From the NCBI RefSeq assembly GCF_054482525.1, contig NZ_CM137006.1: DNA of 64,000 bases; one strand, given 5' to 3'. Shown here piece by piece: positions 16,326-32,023 of the stretch (within the stretch, counting starts at the first letter, position 1; the number at the start of each line of letters is the position of its first letter). A program made the position numbers and the translations under genes. The notes beneath the pieces were generated by a model, which was not told where the DNA came from, did no database searches, and saw only the letters and a program-made list of their open reading frames with translations.

Positions 16326-17463
16326 GTCAGAGCCCCTCGATCTCAATCAGTTAGCGCAAAAAATTAAACAGTGGGGGCTGGAACTGGGCTTTCAGCAGGT
16401 AGGTATTACCGATACCGATCTCAGCGAGTCCGAGCCCAAACTGCAAGCATGGCTGGACAAACAATACCACGGCGAAATGGACTGGATGGCGCGTCACGGT
16501 ATGCTGCGCGCTCGCCCCCATGAATTATTGCCCGGTACGCTGCGCGTGATCAGCGTGCGGATGAATTACCTTCCTGCTAACGCCGCATTTGCCAGCACGC
16601 TGAAAAACCCTAAGCTCGGCTATGTGAGCCGTTATGCGCTGGGCCGTGACTATCACAAACTTCTGCGCAACCGACTCAAAAAGCTGGGCGAGATGATTCA
16701 GCAACATTGTGTTTCGCTGAATTTTAGACCGTTTGTCGATTCTGCGCCTATTCTCGAGCGCCCGTTAGCTGAAAAAGCAGGACTCGGCTGGACAGGTAAG
16801 CACTCACTTATCCTCAATCGCGAGGCTGGTTCGTTCTTCTTTTTAGGCGAATTGCTGGTCGATATTCCTCTGCCCGTGGATCAACCGGTCGAGGAAGGAT
16901 GCGGTAAATGCGTGGCCTGTATGACGATTTGCCCGACCGGAGCCATCGTCGAACCATATACCGTCGATGCTCGCCGCTGTATCTCTTATCTCACCATCGA
17001 ACTGGAGGGGGCGATCCCGGAAGAGTTGCGACCGTTAATGGGAAACCGTATTTACGGTTGCGATGACTGCCAGCTTATCTGCCCGTGGAATCGCTATTCG
17101 CAACTCACTACAGAAGACGATTTCAGCCCGCGTAAGCCGCTACACGCACCGGAACTCATTGAGTTATTCGCCTGGAGTGAAGAGAAGTTTTTAAAAGTCA
17201 CGGAAGGATCGGCGATTCGCCGTATAGGTCATCTGCGTTGGCTGCGTAATATCGCCGTAGCATTAGGCAATGCGCCCTGGGATGAAACGATTTTGACAGC
17301 GCTGGAAAGTCGTAAAGGTGAGCACCCACTTCTTGATGAGCACATAGCGTGGGCGATTGCGCAGCAAATCGAGAGGCGAAATGCGTGCGTGGTCGAAGTG
17401 CAATTGCCGAAAAAACAGCGTCTGGTTAGGGTCATTGAAAAAGGGTTACCGCGTGACGCCTGA
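16324..17463 (+). CDS. queG: Epoxyqueuosine reductase QueG
   Basis: ORF 16216..17463; conserved start MSEPLDLNQLAQKIKQWG at codon 37 (379 aa); 4Fe-4S cysteine motifs CGKCVACMTICP and CDDCQLICP. Confidence 0.9.
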
Positions 17464-17732
17464 TTCATCCACAGCTTGTGAATAAAAATAAAAACACATT
17501 GCAATTCAAGACGAATAAAATCGTCAAGTGATCGACTCGACAAAACAGAATCTTAATTTTCAACCTATATATCAGTAAGTTAAAAAAATACTATTCACCG
17601 TGCGAAGTTTCTTTGAAATTAAGATTACGGACTGAGGCTGTGGATAACTCTGTTTACAAGAGTTTGTCAGAGACAACAAAAACCAGCAATAACGCATCGC
17701 GTCGCTGTGGATATTTTATTGAGAGAAGAATT

Positions 17733-17808
<76 letters not shown>

Positions 17809-17843
17809 TTGGGTGGTCTGTGCTTTACAGCACTTTCAAATTT

Positions 17844-17919
<76 letters not shown>

Positions 17920-17954
17920 TTGGGTGGTCTGTGCTTTATAGCACTTTCAAATTT

Positions 17955-18030
<76 letters not shown>

Positions 18031-18240
18031 GTACTACTTAATTTTGCTTTCGTAATTTTCGCATTTCTGCGTCGTTACGGGAGGCGCATTATACGAGAAA
18101 TCTTTCCCTCTGCAACCCCCCTAAAAAATTTTTTTTGAGTTTTTATCTCAAATGCTGAAATTATCAGCAAGACGTTCAATTTAGCGTCAAAATCACGCCG
18201 CCGCAAGTGGATTCCGGCGCTTACGTGACCAGGAAAAATT

Positions 18241-18786
18241 TTACAGCTTGATAAAATGCTCGCGGTAGTAAGCCAGTTCTGCCACCGACTCACGGATATC
18301 ATCCATCGCCTGATGCGTCCCCTGCTTGGTAAAACCATCAAGAATTTCCGGCTTCCAGCGGCGCGCCAGCTCTTTCAGCGTGCTGACATCAAGATAACGG
18401 TAGTGGAAGTACGCTTCCAGCTCCGGCATGTATTTAAACAGGAAGCGACGATCCTGACCGATGCTGTTACCGCAAATCGGCGATTTTCCCGCAGGCACCC
18501 ACTGTTTTAAGAATTCGAGCGTTGCCAGTTCAGCTTCCCGATCGCCCATCGTGCTCGCTTTCACGCGCTCCACCAGCCCGCTGGCGGTATGGGTACGGAC
18601 ATTCCAATCATCCATCAGCGCCAGCTGTTCATCAGACTGGTGTACTGCAATGGTCGGCCCTTCTTCCAGAATATTCAGGTTGGCATCGGTCACCAGCGTG
18701 GCAATCTCAATAATGCGATCGCGCTCGGGATCCAGACCGGTCATCTCAAGATCGATCCAAATCAGGTTGTTTTCATTGGCACTCAT
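18241..18786 (-). CDS. orn: Oligoribonuclease
   Basis: ORF 18241..18930; conserved start [18 protein letters not shown] at codon 49 gives 181 aa; DEDDh exonuclease motifs. Confidence 0.93.
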   Translation of the reverse strand: MSANENNLIWIDLEMTGLDPERDRIIEIATLVTDANLNILEEGPTIAVHQSDEQLALMDDWNVRTHTASGLVERVKASTMGDREAELATLEFLKQWVPAGKSPICGNSIGQDRRFLFKYMPELEAYFHYRYLDVSTLKELARRWKPEILDGFTKQGTHQAMDDIRESVAELAYYREHFIKL

Positions 18787-18880
18787 GCTATTTTCCACCC
18801 ATTCACAGTGACTATATTGATCCACAATTGCGTGTATCATAGATGTTTTGCCCATCAGGGGCGACCAGGAGTCTGTACGA

Positions 18881-19933
18881 TTGAGTAAAAATAAACTCTC
18901 CAAAGGCCAGCAGCGCCGCGTGAACGCCAATCACCAGCGTCGTCTTAAAACGTCTAAGGAGAAGCCCGACTACGACGACAATCTGTTTGGCGAGCCTGAT
19001 GAAGGTATCGTCATCAGCCGCTTTGGTATGCACGCTGATGTGGAATCCGCCGATGGCGACGTTCACCGCTGCAATATTCGCCGTACCATCCGTTCGCTGG
19101 TGACCGGCGACCGCGTAGTCTGGCGTCCGGGTAAACCGGCGGCGGAAGGCGTAAATGTCAAAGGGATCGTGGAAGCGGTGCATGAGCGCACTTCAGTGTT
19201 AACGCGCCCGGACTTCTACGACGGCGTGAAACCTATTGCCGCCAACATCGACCAGATTGTCATTGTCTCCGCCATTTTGCCGGAGCTGTCGCTCAATATT
19301 ATCGACCGTTACCTGGTGGCCTGCGAAACCTTGCAGATTGAGCCGATTATTGTGCTCAACAAGATAGACCTGCTGGACGACGAAGGTATGGAGTTCGTCA
19401 ACGAGCAGATGGATATCTACCGCAATATCGGTTATCGCGTATTGATGGTTTCCAGTCATACTCAGGATGGGCTGAAACCGCTGGAAGAGGCGTTGACCGG
19501 GCGCATCAGCATTTTTGCCGGGCAGTCCGGCGTCGGGAAATCCAGCCTGCTGAACGCGCTGCTGGGGCTGCAAAAAGAGATCCTGACCAACGATGTTTCT
19601 GACAACTCGGGGCTTGGTCAGCACACCACGACCGCCGCTCGGCTGTATCACTTCCCGCACGGCGGTGATGTGATTGACTCCCCTGGTGTGCGTGAGTTCG
19701 GCCTCTGGCACCTGGAGCCGGAACAAATCACTCAGGGCTTTGTCGAATTCCATGACTACTTAGGTCTGTGTAAATATCGCGATTGCAAACACGATACCGA
19801 TCCGGGCTGCGCTATCCGGGAAGCGGTTGAGGAAGGAAAAATCGCGGAAACCCGTTTCGAAAACTATCACCGTATTCTGGAAAGCATGGCGCAGGTAAAA
19901 ACGCGTAAAAACTTTTCTGATACGGATGACTGA
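18881..19933 (+). CDS. rsgA: Small-subunit ribosome biogenesis GTPase RsgA
   Basis: ORF 18848..19933; product starts (TTG start) at [14 protein letters not shown] for 350 aa; G-motif [11 protein letters not shown] and zinc-finger cysteines. Confidence 0.9.
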
Positions 19934-20028
19934 CAATTAAGCTAACCGTCGTTAGAATCGTCCCTTTTTTTCAGGATCCGGCATGTAGGCCGGATCAGGA
20001 ACGACAAAACAATGGCCTGGAGGCTACC

Positions 20029-20997
20029 TTGTTAAATTCATTTAAACTTTCGCTACAGTACATTCTGCCGAAACTATGGCTTACTCGCCTGGCGGGTTGG
20101 GGCGCAAGCAAGCGGGCAGGATGGCTGACAAAACTGGTTATCGATCTGTTCGTTAAATACTACAAGGTCGACATGAAAGAGGCGCAAAAGCCGGATACCG
20201 CCAGCTACCGCACCTTTAACGAATTCTTTGTCCGTCCGCTGCGTGACGAAGTACGCCCAATCGATACCGATCCGAATGTACTGGTTATGCCTGCCGATGG
20301 CGTTATCAGCCAGTTGGGTAAAATCGAAGAAGATAAAATCCTGCAAGCCAAAGGCCACAACTACAGCCTCGAAGCCCTACTGGCAGGCAACTATCTGATG
20401 GCGGATCTCTTCCGTAACGGTACGTTTGTGACCACTTACCTCTCCCCACGTGACTACCACCGCGTACACATGCCGTGCAACGGTATTCTGCGTGAAATGA
20501 TCTACGTGCCGGGCGATCTCTTTTCCGTTAACCATCTCACCGCTCAGAACGTGCCGAATCTGTTTGCCCGTAATGAACGCGTGATCTGCCTGTTCGATAC
20601 CGAATTTGGCCCAATGGCGCAGATTCTGGTCGGGGCGACGATTGTAGGCAGCATTGAGACGGTCTGGGCGGGCACCATTACGCCGCCGCGCGAAGGTATC
20701 ATCAAGCGCTGGACCTGGCCTGCCGGGGAAAACGACGGTTCTGTGGCACTGCTGAAAGGCCAGGAAATGGGTCGCTTTAAACTCGGTTCCACCGTTATCA
20801 ACCTATTTGCACCGGGTAAAGTGAATCTGGTTGAGCAACTGGAAAGCCTGTCTGTCACGAAAATTGGCCAGCCGCTGGCAGTATCTACCGAAACCTTTGT
20901 TACGCCAGACGCTGAACCCGCCCCGCTTCCTGCTGAAGAGATCGAAGCAGAACACGACGCCAGCCCATTGGTTGACGACAAAAAAGACCAGGTCTAA
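20029..20997 (+). CDS. psd: Phosphatidylserine decarboxylase proenzyme
   Basis: 322-aa ORF; LGST self-cleavage motif ([11 protein letters not shown]) present. Confidence 0.95.
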
Positions 20998-21018
20998 TCC
21001 ATCAAAGGAAACGCTGAC

Positions 21019-24000
21019 GTGCGCCTGATTATCACTTTTCTGATGGCCTGGTGCCTCAGTTGGGGGGCGTACGCCGCGACGGCCCCCGATAGCAAACAAA
21101 TCTCACAAGAACTGGAGCAGGCAAAAGCGGCGAAACCCGCGCAACCGGAAGTCGTAGAGGCGCTCCAGTCTGCCTTAAATGCGCTTGAGGAACGGAAAGG
21201 TTCCCTTGAGCGCATCAAGCAATATCAAGAAGTCATTGATAATTATCCGAAACTCTCCGCTACTCTGCGCGCGCAATTAAACAACATGCGTGACGAGCCG
21301 CGCAGCGTGTCACCGGGAATGTCTACCGACGCGCTGAATCAGGAAATTCTCCAGGTCAGCAGCCAGTTGCTGGATAAAAGCCGTCAGGCCCAGCAAGAGC
21401 AGGAACGCGCCCGCGAGATTGCCGATTCGCTGAATCAACTGCCGCAACAGCAAACCGATGCCCGCCGTCAGTTAAATGAAATCGAGCGCCGCCTGGGGAC
21501 GCTTACCGGCAATTCCCCGCTCAATCAGGCACAAAATTTCGCGTTGCAGTCTGACTCTGCACGTCTGAAAGCGCTCGTCGATGAACTGGAACTGGCGCAG
21601 CTGTCCGCCAATAACCGCCAGGAATTAGCGCGCTTGCGCTCAGAGCTGGCGGAAAAAGAGAGCCAGCAACTGGATGCGTATTTGCAGGCCTTACGTAATC
21701 AGTTGAATAGCCAACGTCAGCTTGAGGCGGAGCGGGCGCTGGAAAGTACCGAATTACTGGCAGAAAACAGTGCCGATTTGCCGAAAGATATCGTCGCGCA
21801 ATTCAAAATTAACCGCGAACTATCGGCAGCGCTGAATCAACAGGCGCAGCGGATGGATCTCGTTGCCTCGCAACAGCGTCAGGCTGCCAGCCAGACGTTA
21901 CAGGTCCGGCAGGCGTTGAATACGCTGCGTGAACAGTCGCAATGGCTGGGATCGTCCAATCTGCTCGGCGAAGCGTTGCGGGCGCAGGTGGCACGGCTGC
22001 CGGAAATGCCAAAACCACAACAGCTTGATACCGAAATGGCGCAGTTGCGTGTGCAACGGTTACGCTATGAGGATCTGCTTAATAAACAGCCGCAGCTAAG
22101 GCAAATTCATCAGGCCGACGGTCAGCCGCTGACCGCCGAGCAAAACCGTATTCTGGAAGCACAGCTACGCACTCAGCGTGAGTTGCTGAACTCATTGTTG
22201 CAGGGTGGAGACACGCTACTACTGGAACTGACCAAGCTGAAAGTCTCCAACGGACAACTGGAGGATGCGCTGAAAGAGGTGAATGAAGCGACGCACCGCT
22301 ATCTGTTCTGGACCTCTGACGTGCGCCCGATGACCATCGCCTGGCCGCTGGAAATCGCCCAGGATCTGCGTCGTCTCATTTCGCTGGACACCTTCAGTCA
22401 GTTGGGCAAAGCCAGTGTGATGATGCTGACCAGTAAAGAGACAATTTTACCGCTGTTTGGCGCGTTGATTCTGGTCGGTTGCAGTATTTACTCACGCCGC
22501 TATTTCACCCGTTTTCTTGAACGTTCGGCGGCGAAAGTCGGCAAAGTGACTCAGGATCACTTCTGGCTGACGTTACGCACTCTTTTCTGGTCGATTCTCG
22601 TCGCGTCACCGCTACCGGTGCTGTGGATGACGCTGGGTTACGGCTTGCGCGAGGCGTGGCCTTATCCGCTGGCGGTAGCGATTGGTGATGGCGTAACAGC
22701 CACCGTACCGCTGCTATGGGTAGTGATGATTTGCGCTACCTTTGCCCGCCCGAACGGCTTATTTATCGCTCATTTTGGCTGGCCGCGCGAACGGGTTTCC
22801 CGTGGGATGCGCTACTACCTGATGAGCATTGGGCTTATCGTGCCGCTGATTATGGCACTGATGATGTTCGATAATCTCGACGACCGCGAGTTTTCCGGTT
22901 CGCTGGGACGGCTTTGCTTTATCCTCATTTGCGGTGCGCTGGCGGTGGTCACTCTCAGTCTGAAAAAGGCCGGGATCCCGCTGTATCTCAACAAAGAAGG
23001 CAGCGGTGACAACATTACCAACCATATGCTGTGGAACATGATGATTGGCGCACCGCTGGTTGCCATTCTGGCGTCGGCGGTGGGTTATCTGGCAACGGCG
23101 CAGGCACTGTTAGCGAGGCTTGAAACCTCGGTTGCCATCTGGTTCCTGCTACTAGTGGTTTATCACGTTATCCGCCGCTGGATGCTGATCCAGCGCCGCA
23201 GGCTGGCGTTTGACCGGGCGAAGCATCGCCGGGCAGAGATGTTAGCGCAACGTGCGCGTGGCGAAGAGGAAGCTCATCATCACAGTAGCCCGGAAGGGGC
23301 AATTGAAGTCGATGAAAGCGAAGTCGATCTCGATGCCATCAGTGCGCAATCCTTGCGGCTGGTGCGCTCAATTTTGATGTTGATCGCCCTGCTTTCGGTC
23401 ATTGTGCTGTGGTCAGAAATCCATTCCGCTTTCGGCTTCCTCGAAAATATTTCGCTGTGGGATGTCACCTCCACGGTACAGGGCGTAGAAAGTCTGGAGC
23501 CGATTACCCTCGGTGCGGTGCTGATTGCCATTCTGGTGTTTATCATCACCACGCAGCTGGTGCGCAACCTGCCCGCGCTGCTGGAACTGGCGATTTTGCA
23601 GCACCTGGATTTAACGCCGGGTACAGGTTACGCCATCACCACCATCACCAAATATCTGCTGATGCTGATTGGCGGGCTGGTCGGCTTCTCAATGATTGGT
23701 ATTGAGTGGTCGAAATTGCAGTGGCTGGTCGCCGCACTCGGTGTTGGTCTCGGTTTTGGTCTGCAGGAAATTTTCGCCAACTTTATCTCTGGCCTGATCA
23801 TCCTGTTCGAAAAACCGATTCGCATTGGCGATACGGTGACGATCCGCGATCTCACCGGTAGTGTGACGAAAATTAACACCCGCGCCACCACCATCAGCGA
23901 CTGGGACCGCAAAGAAATTATCGTGCCGAACAAGGCGTTTATTACCGAGCAGTTTATCAACTGGTCGCTCTCTGACTCGGTCACGCGCGTGGTGTTGACG

Positions 24001-24342
24001 ATTCCGGCCCCTGCCGATGCCAACAGTGAAGAAGTGACGGAAATCCTGCTCACCGCAGCGCGTCGCTGCTCGCTGGTGATCGACAACCCGGCACCGGAAG
24101 TCTTCCTGGTGGATCTGCAACAGGGGATTCAGATTTTCGAGCTGCGTATTTACGCCGCTGAGATGGGTCACCGTATGCCGCTACGCCATGAGATCCACCA
24201 GCTGATTCTGGCTGGCTTCCACGCCCACGGTATCGATATGCCATTCCCGCCCTTCCAGATGCGTCTGGAAAGCCTCAACGGTAAACAAACGGGGAGAACG
24301 CTGACGTCTGCGGGCAAAGGTCGTCAGGCGGGAAGTTTGTAA
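21019..24342 (+). CDS. mscM: Miniconductance mechanosensitive channel MscM (YjeP)
   Basis: 1107-aa ORF with GTG start; signal peptide, long coiled-coil periplasmic domain, multiple TM helices and a C-terminal MscS-like domain. Confidence 0.93.
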   Translation: MRLIITFLMAWCLSWGAYAATAPDSKQISQELEQAKAAKPAQPEVVEALQSALNALEERKGSLERIKQYQEVIDNYPKLSATLRAQLNNMRDEPRSVSPGMSTDALNQEILQVSSQLLDKSRQAQQEQERAREIADSLNQLPQQQTDARRQLNEIERRLGTLTGNSPLNQAQNFALQSDSARLKALVDELELAQLSANNRQELARLRSELAEKESQQLDAYLQALRNQLNSQRQLEAERALESTELLAENSADLPKDIVAQFKINRELSAALNQQAQRMDLVASQQRQAASQTLQVRQALNTLREQSQWLGSSNLLGEALRAQVARLPEMPKPQQLDTEMAQLRVQRLRYEDLLNKQPQLRQIHQADGQPLTAEQNRILEAQLRTQRELLNSLLQGGDTLLLELTKLKVSNGQLEDALKEVNEATHRYLFWTSDVRPMTIAWPLEIAQDLRRLISLDTFSQLGKASVMMLTSKETILPLFGALILVGCSIYSRRYFTRFLERSAAKVGKVTQDHFWLTLRTLFWSILVASPLPVLWMTLGYGLREAWPYPLAVAIGDGVTATVPLLWVVMICATFARPNGLFIAHFGWPRERVSRGMRYYLMSIGLIVPLIMALMMFDNLDDREFSGSLGRLCFILICGALAVVTLSLKKAGIPLYLNKEGSGDNITNHMLWNMMIGAPLVAILASAVGYLATAQALLARLETSVAIWFLLLVVYHVIRRWMLIQRRRLAFDRAKHRRAEMLAQRARGEEEAHHHSSPEGAIEVDESEVDLDAISAQSLRLVRSILMLIALLSVIVLWSEIHSAFGFLENISLWDVTSTVQGVESLEPITLGAVLIAILVFIITTQLVRNLPALLELAILQHLDLTPGTGYAITTITKYLLMLIGGLVGFSMIGIEWSKLQWLVAALGVGLGFGLQEIFANFISGLIILFEKPIRIGDTVTIRDLTGSVTKINTRATTISDWDRKEIIVPNKAFITEQFINWSLSDSVTRVVLTIPAPADANSEEVTEILLTAARRCSLVIDNPAPEVFLVDLQQGIQIFELRIYAAEMGHRMPLRHEIHQLILAGFHAHGIDMPFPPFQMRLESLNGKQTGRTLTSAGKGRQAGSL

Positions 24343-24492
24343 TGCATGAAGCTGCCAAATGATGTCAACGTGGCTCATTTAGCAGCTTAACATCATCTTC
24401 AGTTATCACCGGCCCTGGAGAGTATCATCCATACGCATTACTTCCTGACAACTCATCGCCGGAGAGACGATGAGTTGCAGGATTTCATATGA

Positions 24493-25995
24493 TCAGTCGA
24501 GAGCTAACTCAGGTTTGTTCGCCATGCGACTGCAATAGTTCTGGTAAATCGCCATCGCTAACAGCGAGAAGAAGACAGGGCCGCCAATCATCCACAATGT
24601 GCTGTCCCAGTCTCCGGCTTCAACCACAGGCTGAATAATGGTGAAGACGTTCGCAAATGTCACCACCAGAACGACAACCACCGTCGCAATCATTGCCGAC
24701 ATACGCGTTTTGAAAATCACAAACGGTCTGTCGAGATCCTGACGTGCTTTAAAGAATGGGAAAGCCAGCGCGAGGAACAAGTAAGGAAGCGTCATAGACA
24801 CGTTCGCCATCAGCGTCAGCTTGTTAAAGAACGCCGATGCGGTACCGCCACCAAACGAAACCAGAAGAATGAAGATAGTAACCAACCCGCACTGCATCCA
24901 CATGGCGATAGACGGCATCCCCATCGCATTCAGGCGCGTCATCGGTTCCGGCCACAACGCTTTCGGCGTCCCCTGGATGATGGCTTTCAGCGGTGAATAG
25001 CAAAGCGTAAAGAACGCACCGGTATAAGCGAGGAACATCGAAAGTCCGGTAATACGCGCAAACCATACGCCCAGCGACAATGACGCTTCAGGTGACAAAT
25101 GCAGTGCGTTACCCAGCGTCACCCCGAGGCTCTTCATCAGCACATAGGTAATATTGCCGAGGTTAACGGAACCATTACTTAATACCTGCTGCCAGTTTGT
25201 GCTGACGCCCCATAAAAATATTGCCAGCGAATAACCGATTGAAATAACAATAGCGGCAAAAACAATACCTTTGGCAAAGTTCTTTTCTGGATTTTCCGTT
25301 TTATCGACCAGACCACCAACCGCTTCAATTCCGCCATAGGCAAAAATAGCAAATACCACAAACGATAGCATTGCCAGACCGGACTGATAACCTGGGTTCG
25401 GTGATGCAAGGAAATTAATATCCTGCGCGAAATGCCCACCATTTAATAACAAAATAGTAATGCTTACTAACAGCAATACTAAATTCAGACACATTACTGC
25501 AATACCGCCCACCGCAGTAATGCGGGCAATTTTATTAATCCCCTTTGAAGCAACGACGGTGACCAGAATCATCCATGCCACTGCCAGCAGACCAACCACC
25601 TGCGTAGGCTCCAGTCCGGTAATACGCCAGTGCTGGGTCATGTCGCTACCGTAGAGGAATGTTGAGAACGGTACCCAAACTTTAGCGGAGGTGCTCACCA
25701 TCCAGATGATATAAGAGGAAAACCACATAAACGTACCAATGAAGGCAAAACGTGGTCCGACACTATTATTCATCCAGGAATAGATACCGCCTTCTTCTTT
25801 GCGATACGCAGCGCCCATTTCAGCCATCATTAAGGCGAATGGAATAAAGAATAACAATGCAGAAAATATATAAAAGGGAATCGCGCTATAACCCATTAAG
25901 TAATAAGCCGATGGGCTATTGGCAAATCCAAATACGGAAGTAAAGATCATCAATATGAGTCCTATCAGACTCATCTTTTTTATCGTGTGAGGCAT
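24493..25995 (-). CDS. yjeM: APC-family amino-acid transporter YjeM
   Basis: 514-aa polytopic membrane ORF; start placed at MPHTIKKMSLIGLIL for 500 aa. Confidence 0.85.
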   Translation of the reverse strand: MPHTIKKMSLIGLILMIFTSVFGFANSPSAYYLMGYSAIPFYIFSALLFFIPFALMMAEMGAAYRKEEGGIYSWMNNSVGPRFAFIGTFMWFSSYIIWMVSTSAKVWVPFSTFLYGSDMTQHWRITGLEPTQVVGLLAVAWMILVTVVASKGINKIARITAVGGIAVMCLNLVLLLVSITILLLNGGHFAQDINFLASPNPGYQSGLAMLSFVVFAIFAYGGIEAVGGLVDKTENPEKNFAKGIVFAAIVISIGYSLAIFLWGVSTNWQQVLSNGSVNLGNITYVLMKSLGVTLGNALHLSPEASLSLGVWFARITGLSMFLAYTGAFFTLCYSPLKAIIQGTPKALWPEPMTRLNAMGMPSIAMWMQCGLVTIFILLVSFGGGTASAFFNKLTLMANVSMTLPYLFLALAFPFFKARQDLDRPFVIFKTRMSAMIATVVVVLVVTFANVFTIIQPVVEAGDWDSTLWMIGGPVFFSLLAMAIYQNYCSRMANKPELALD

Positions 25996-26213
25996 GAAAC
26001 CATCCTTCATTTCAGCGCGTGTATAAAACGCGCCCACTGAACTGCACCGCCCAACATTGAGCGGGCAGCGTAAAAACCAATACAGAATTGATACCTGGAT
26101 GATATCAAATATCCAGTCTTAAATTGTGGCCTTTAGCGGAAAAATGAAAACATATGCTACAGAATGGCGCTTATCACGCCATTCTTCGCGGTTAATTCAG
26201 TAATTTTTCAGAA

Positions 26214-27191
26214 TTATGCCCGGTCAACGCTAAAGGCGATGACTTCAGCCAGTGTCTCCGCGCCCAGCGCCAACATCACCAGACGATCAACGCCTAATGC
26301 CACGCCGGAACAGTCAGGCATACCGACTTTCAAGGCTTCAATCAGATTCTGGTCAATGGGGTGCTGCGGCAAACCGCGCGCCGCGCGCTTACGGTTATCT
26401 TGTTCAAAGCGTTGTTGCTGCTCACGGGCATCCGTCAATTCATGGAAACCATTCGCCAGCTCAATACCTTTATAATAAACCTCAAAGCGTTCAGCGACCC
26501 GATGATCTTCGGTACTGATTTGCGCCAGTGATGCCTGGCTGGCTGGAAAGTGGTACACAAAGGTCGGTTTTTCTTTGCCAATATTTGGCTCTACGCCAAA
26601 GGTAAACAGCAATTGTAGAAGCGTGTCGCGGTCTTCTTCAGTATCGGCAACGTTGCTCAAATCCAGTTTCGCTGCCACTTCCCGCAGTTGCGTTTTGTCG
26701 GCAGAGAGTGGGTCAATTTCCAGATAACGCAAGAAAGCTTGTTGATAAGAAAGGCTTTCTGCTGCCGGACAGTCCAGCACCTGTTGCAAGAGATCGTCCA
26801 CCTCGTTCATCAACCGGTACATATCATAGTGCGGTCGATACCACTCAAGCATAGTGAACTCAGGGTTGTGATAACGCCCCATCTCTTCATTACGGAAGCT
26901 GCGGCACAGCTGGAATACCGGCCCACAACCGGCAACCAGCAGGCGCTTCATATGGTATTCCGGGCTGGTCATTAACCAGAGATTCATCCCCTGCGAATGC
27001 CCGGGGCCTACGAAACGTGTCTCAAACGGGACCAAATGAATATCGGTTACCGTCGCCTGGCTCATACAAGGCGTCTCCACCTCCAGCACTCCACGATCGG
27101 CAAAGAAACGACGGATCTCCGCCATAATCGCCGCGCGTTTTAATAAGTTAGGAATGGATGCGCTCGGCTGCCAGGATGCCGTTTCGCTCAT
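26214..27191 (-). CDS. epmA: Elongation factor P (R)-beta-lysine ligase EpmA (PoxA)
   Basis: 340-aa ORF; class II aaRS-like core; conserved start [30 protein letters not shown] (325 aa). Confidence 0.92.
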   Translation of the reverse strand: MSETASWQPSASIPNLLKRAAIMAEIRRFFADRGVLEVETPCMSQATVTDIHLVPFETRFVGPGHSQGMNLWLMTSPEYHMKRLLVAGCGPVFQLCRSFRNEEMGRYHNPEFTMLEWYRPHYDMYRLMNEVDDLLQQVLDCPAAESLSYQQAFLRYLEIDPLSADKTQLREVAAKLDLSNVADTEEDRDTLLQLLFTFGVEPNIGKEKPTFVYHFPASQASLAQISTEDHRVAERFEVYYKGIELANGFHELTDAREQQQRFEQDNRKRAARGLPQHPIDQNLIEALKVGMPDCSGVALGVDRLVMLALGAETLAEVIAFSVDRA

Positions 27192-27515
27192 AGTTAAATC
27201 TCCAGTTTTTGACAAGGGCACGAAGTCTACTCGCAACGCGACGGCGAGACAAATTTTACGCAGGAATCAAACAAGGGTGGGCAGTGACTAAAAAAAGCAC
27301 GATCTGATGGTTTAGTAATTAAATTAATCATCTTCAGTGATAATTTAGCCCTCTTGCGCACTAAAAAAATCGATCTCGTCAAATTTCAGACTTATCCATC
27401 AGACTATACTGTTGTACCTATAAAGGAGCAGTGGAATAGCGTTCGCAGACCGTAACTTTCAGGCACTTACCCTGAAGTACGGGGCTGTGGGATAAAAACA
27501 ATCTGGAGGAATGTC

Positions 27516-29316
27516 GTGCAAACCTTTCAAGCCGATCTTGCCATTGTAGGCGCCGGTGGCGCGGGATTACGTGCTGCAATTGCTGCCGCGCAGGCAAATC
27601 CAAATGCAAAAATCGCACTAATCTCAAAAGTATACCCGATGCGTAGCCATACCGTTGCTGCAGAAGGGGGCTCCGCCGCTGTCGCGCAGGATCATGACAG
27701 CTTCGAATATCACTTTCACGATACAGTAGCGGGTGGCGACTGGTTGTGTGAGCAGGATGTCGTGGATTATTTCGTCCACCACTGCCCAACCGAAATGACC
27801 CAACTGGAACTGTGGGGGTGCCCATGGAGCCGTCGCCCGGATGGTAGCGTCAACGTACGTCGCTTCGGCGGCATGAAAATCGAGCGTACCTGGTTCGCCG
27901 CCGATAAGACCGGCTTCCATATGCTGCACACGCTGTTCCAGACCTCTCTGCAATTCCCGCAGATCCAGCGTTTTGACGAACATTTCGTGCTGGATATTCT
28001 GGTTGATGATGGTCATGTTCGCGGCCTGGTAGCAATGAACATGATGGAAGGCACGCTGGTGCAGATCCGTGCTAACGCGGTCGTTATGGCTACTGGCGGT
28101 GCGGGTCGCGTTTATCGTTACAACACAAACGGTGGCATCGTTACCGGTGACGGTATGGGTATGGCGCTAAGCCACGGCGTTCCGCTGCGTGACATGGAAT
28201 TCGTTCAGTATCACCCAACCGGTCTGCCAGGTTCCGGTATCCTGATGACCGAAGGTTGCCGTGGCGAAGGCGGTATTCTGGTCAACAAAAATGGCTACCG
28301 TTATCTGCAAGATTACGGCATGGGCCCGGAAACTCCGCTGGGCGAGCCGAAAAACAAATATATGGAACTGGGTCCACGCGACAAAGTCTCTCAGGCCTTC
28401 TGGCACGAATGGCGTAAAGGCAACACCATCTCCACGCCGCGTGGCGATGTGGTTTATCTCGACCTGCGTCACCTCGGCGAGAAAAAACTGCATGAACGTC
28501 TGCCGTTCATCTGCGAACTGGCGAAAGCGTACGTTGGCGTCGATCCGGTTAAAGAACCGATTCCGGTACGTCCGACCGCACACTACACCATGGGCGGTAT
28601 CGAAACCGATCAGAACTGTGAAACCCGCATTAAAGGTCTGTTCGCCGTGGGTGAATGTTCCTCTGTTGGTCTGCACGGTGCAAACCGTCTGGGTTCTAAC
28701 TCCCTGGCGGAACTGGTGGTCTTCGGCCGTCTGGCCGGTGAACAAGCGACAGAGCGTGCAGCAACTGCCGGTAATGGCAACGAAGCGGCAATTGAAGCGC
28801 AGGCAGCTGGCGTTGAACAACGTCTGAAAGATCTGGTTAACCAGGATGGCGGCGAAAACTGGGCGAAGATCCGCGACGAAATGGGCCTGGCTATGGAAGA
28901 AGGCTGCGGTATCTACCGTACGCCGGAACTGATGCAGAAAACCATCGACAAGCTGGCAGAGCTGCAGGAACGCTTCAAGCGCGTGCGCATCACCGACACT
29001 TCCAGCGTGTTCAACACCGACCTGCTCTACACCATTGAACTGGGTCACGGTCTGAACGTTGCTGAATGTATGGCGCACTCCGCAATGGCACGTAAAGAGT
29101 CCCGCGGCGCACACCAGCGTCTGGACGAAGGTTGCACCGAGCGTGACGACGTCAACTTCCTCAAACACACCCTCGCCTTCCGCGATGCTGATGGCACGAC
29201 TCGCCTGGAGTACAGCGACGTGAAGATTACTACGCTACCGCCAGCTAAACGCGTTTACGGTGGCGAAGCGGATGCAGCCGATAAGGCGGAAGCAGCCAAT
29301 AAGAAGGAGAAGGCGA

Positions 29317-29324
<8 letters not shown>
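27516..29324 (+). CDS. frdA: Fumarate reductase flavoprotein subunit
   Basis: 602-aa ORF with GTG start; FAD-binding motif [15 protein letters not shown]. Confidence 0.96.
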
Positions 29325-30457
<1,133 letters not shown>

Positions 30458-30467
30458 GGAGCCTGAG

Positions 30468-32023
<1,556 letters not shown>

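Noticed and set aside
18075-18341. 88-aa minus-strand ORF between the tRNA-Gly cluster and orn
   Set aside because: It overlaps the orn 3-prime end out of frame and has no recognisable features; it might correspond to a small annotated K-12 ORF, but I cannot support it from sequence.
19960-20010. Possible REP-like sequence between rsgA and psd
   Set aside because: Only a partial match to the REP consensus (tgtaggccggat); too weak to annotate.
28167-29168. 333-aa minus-strand ORF
   Set aside because: Antisense within frdA; spurious.
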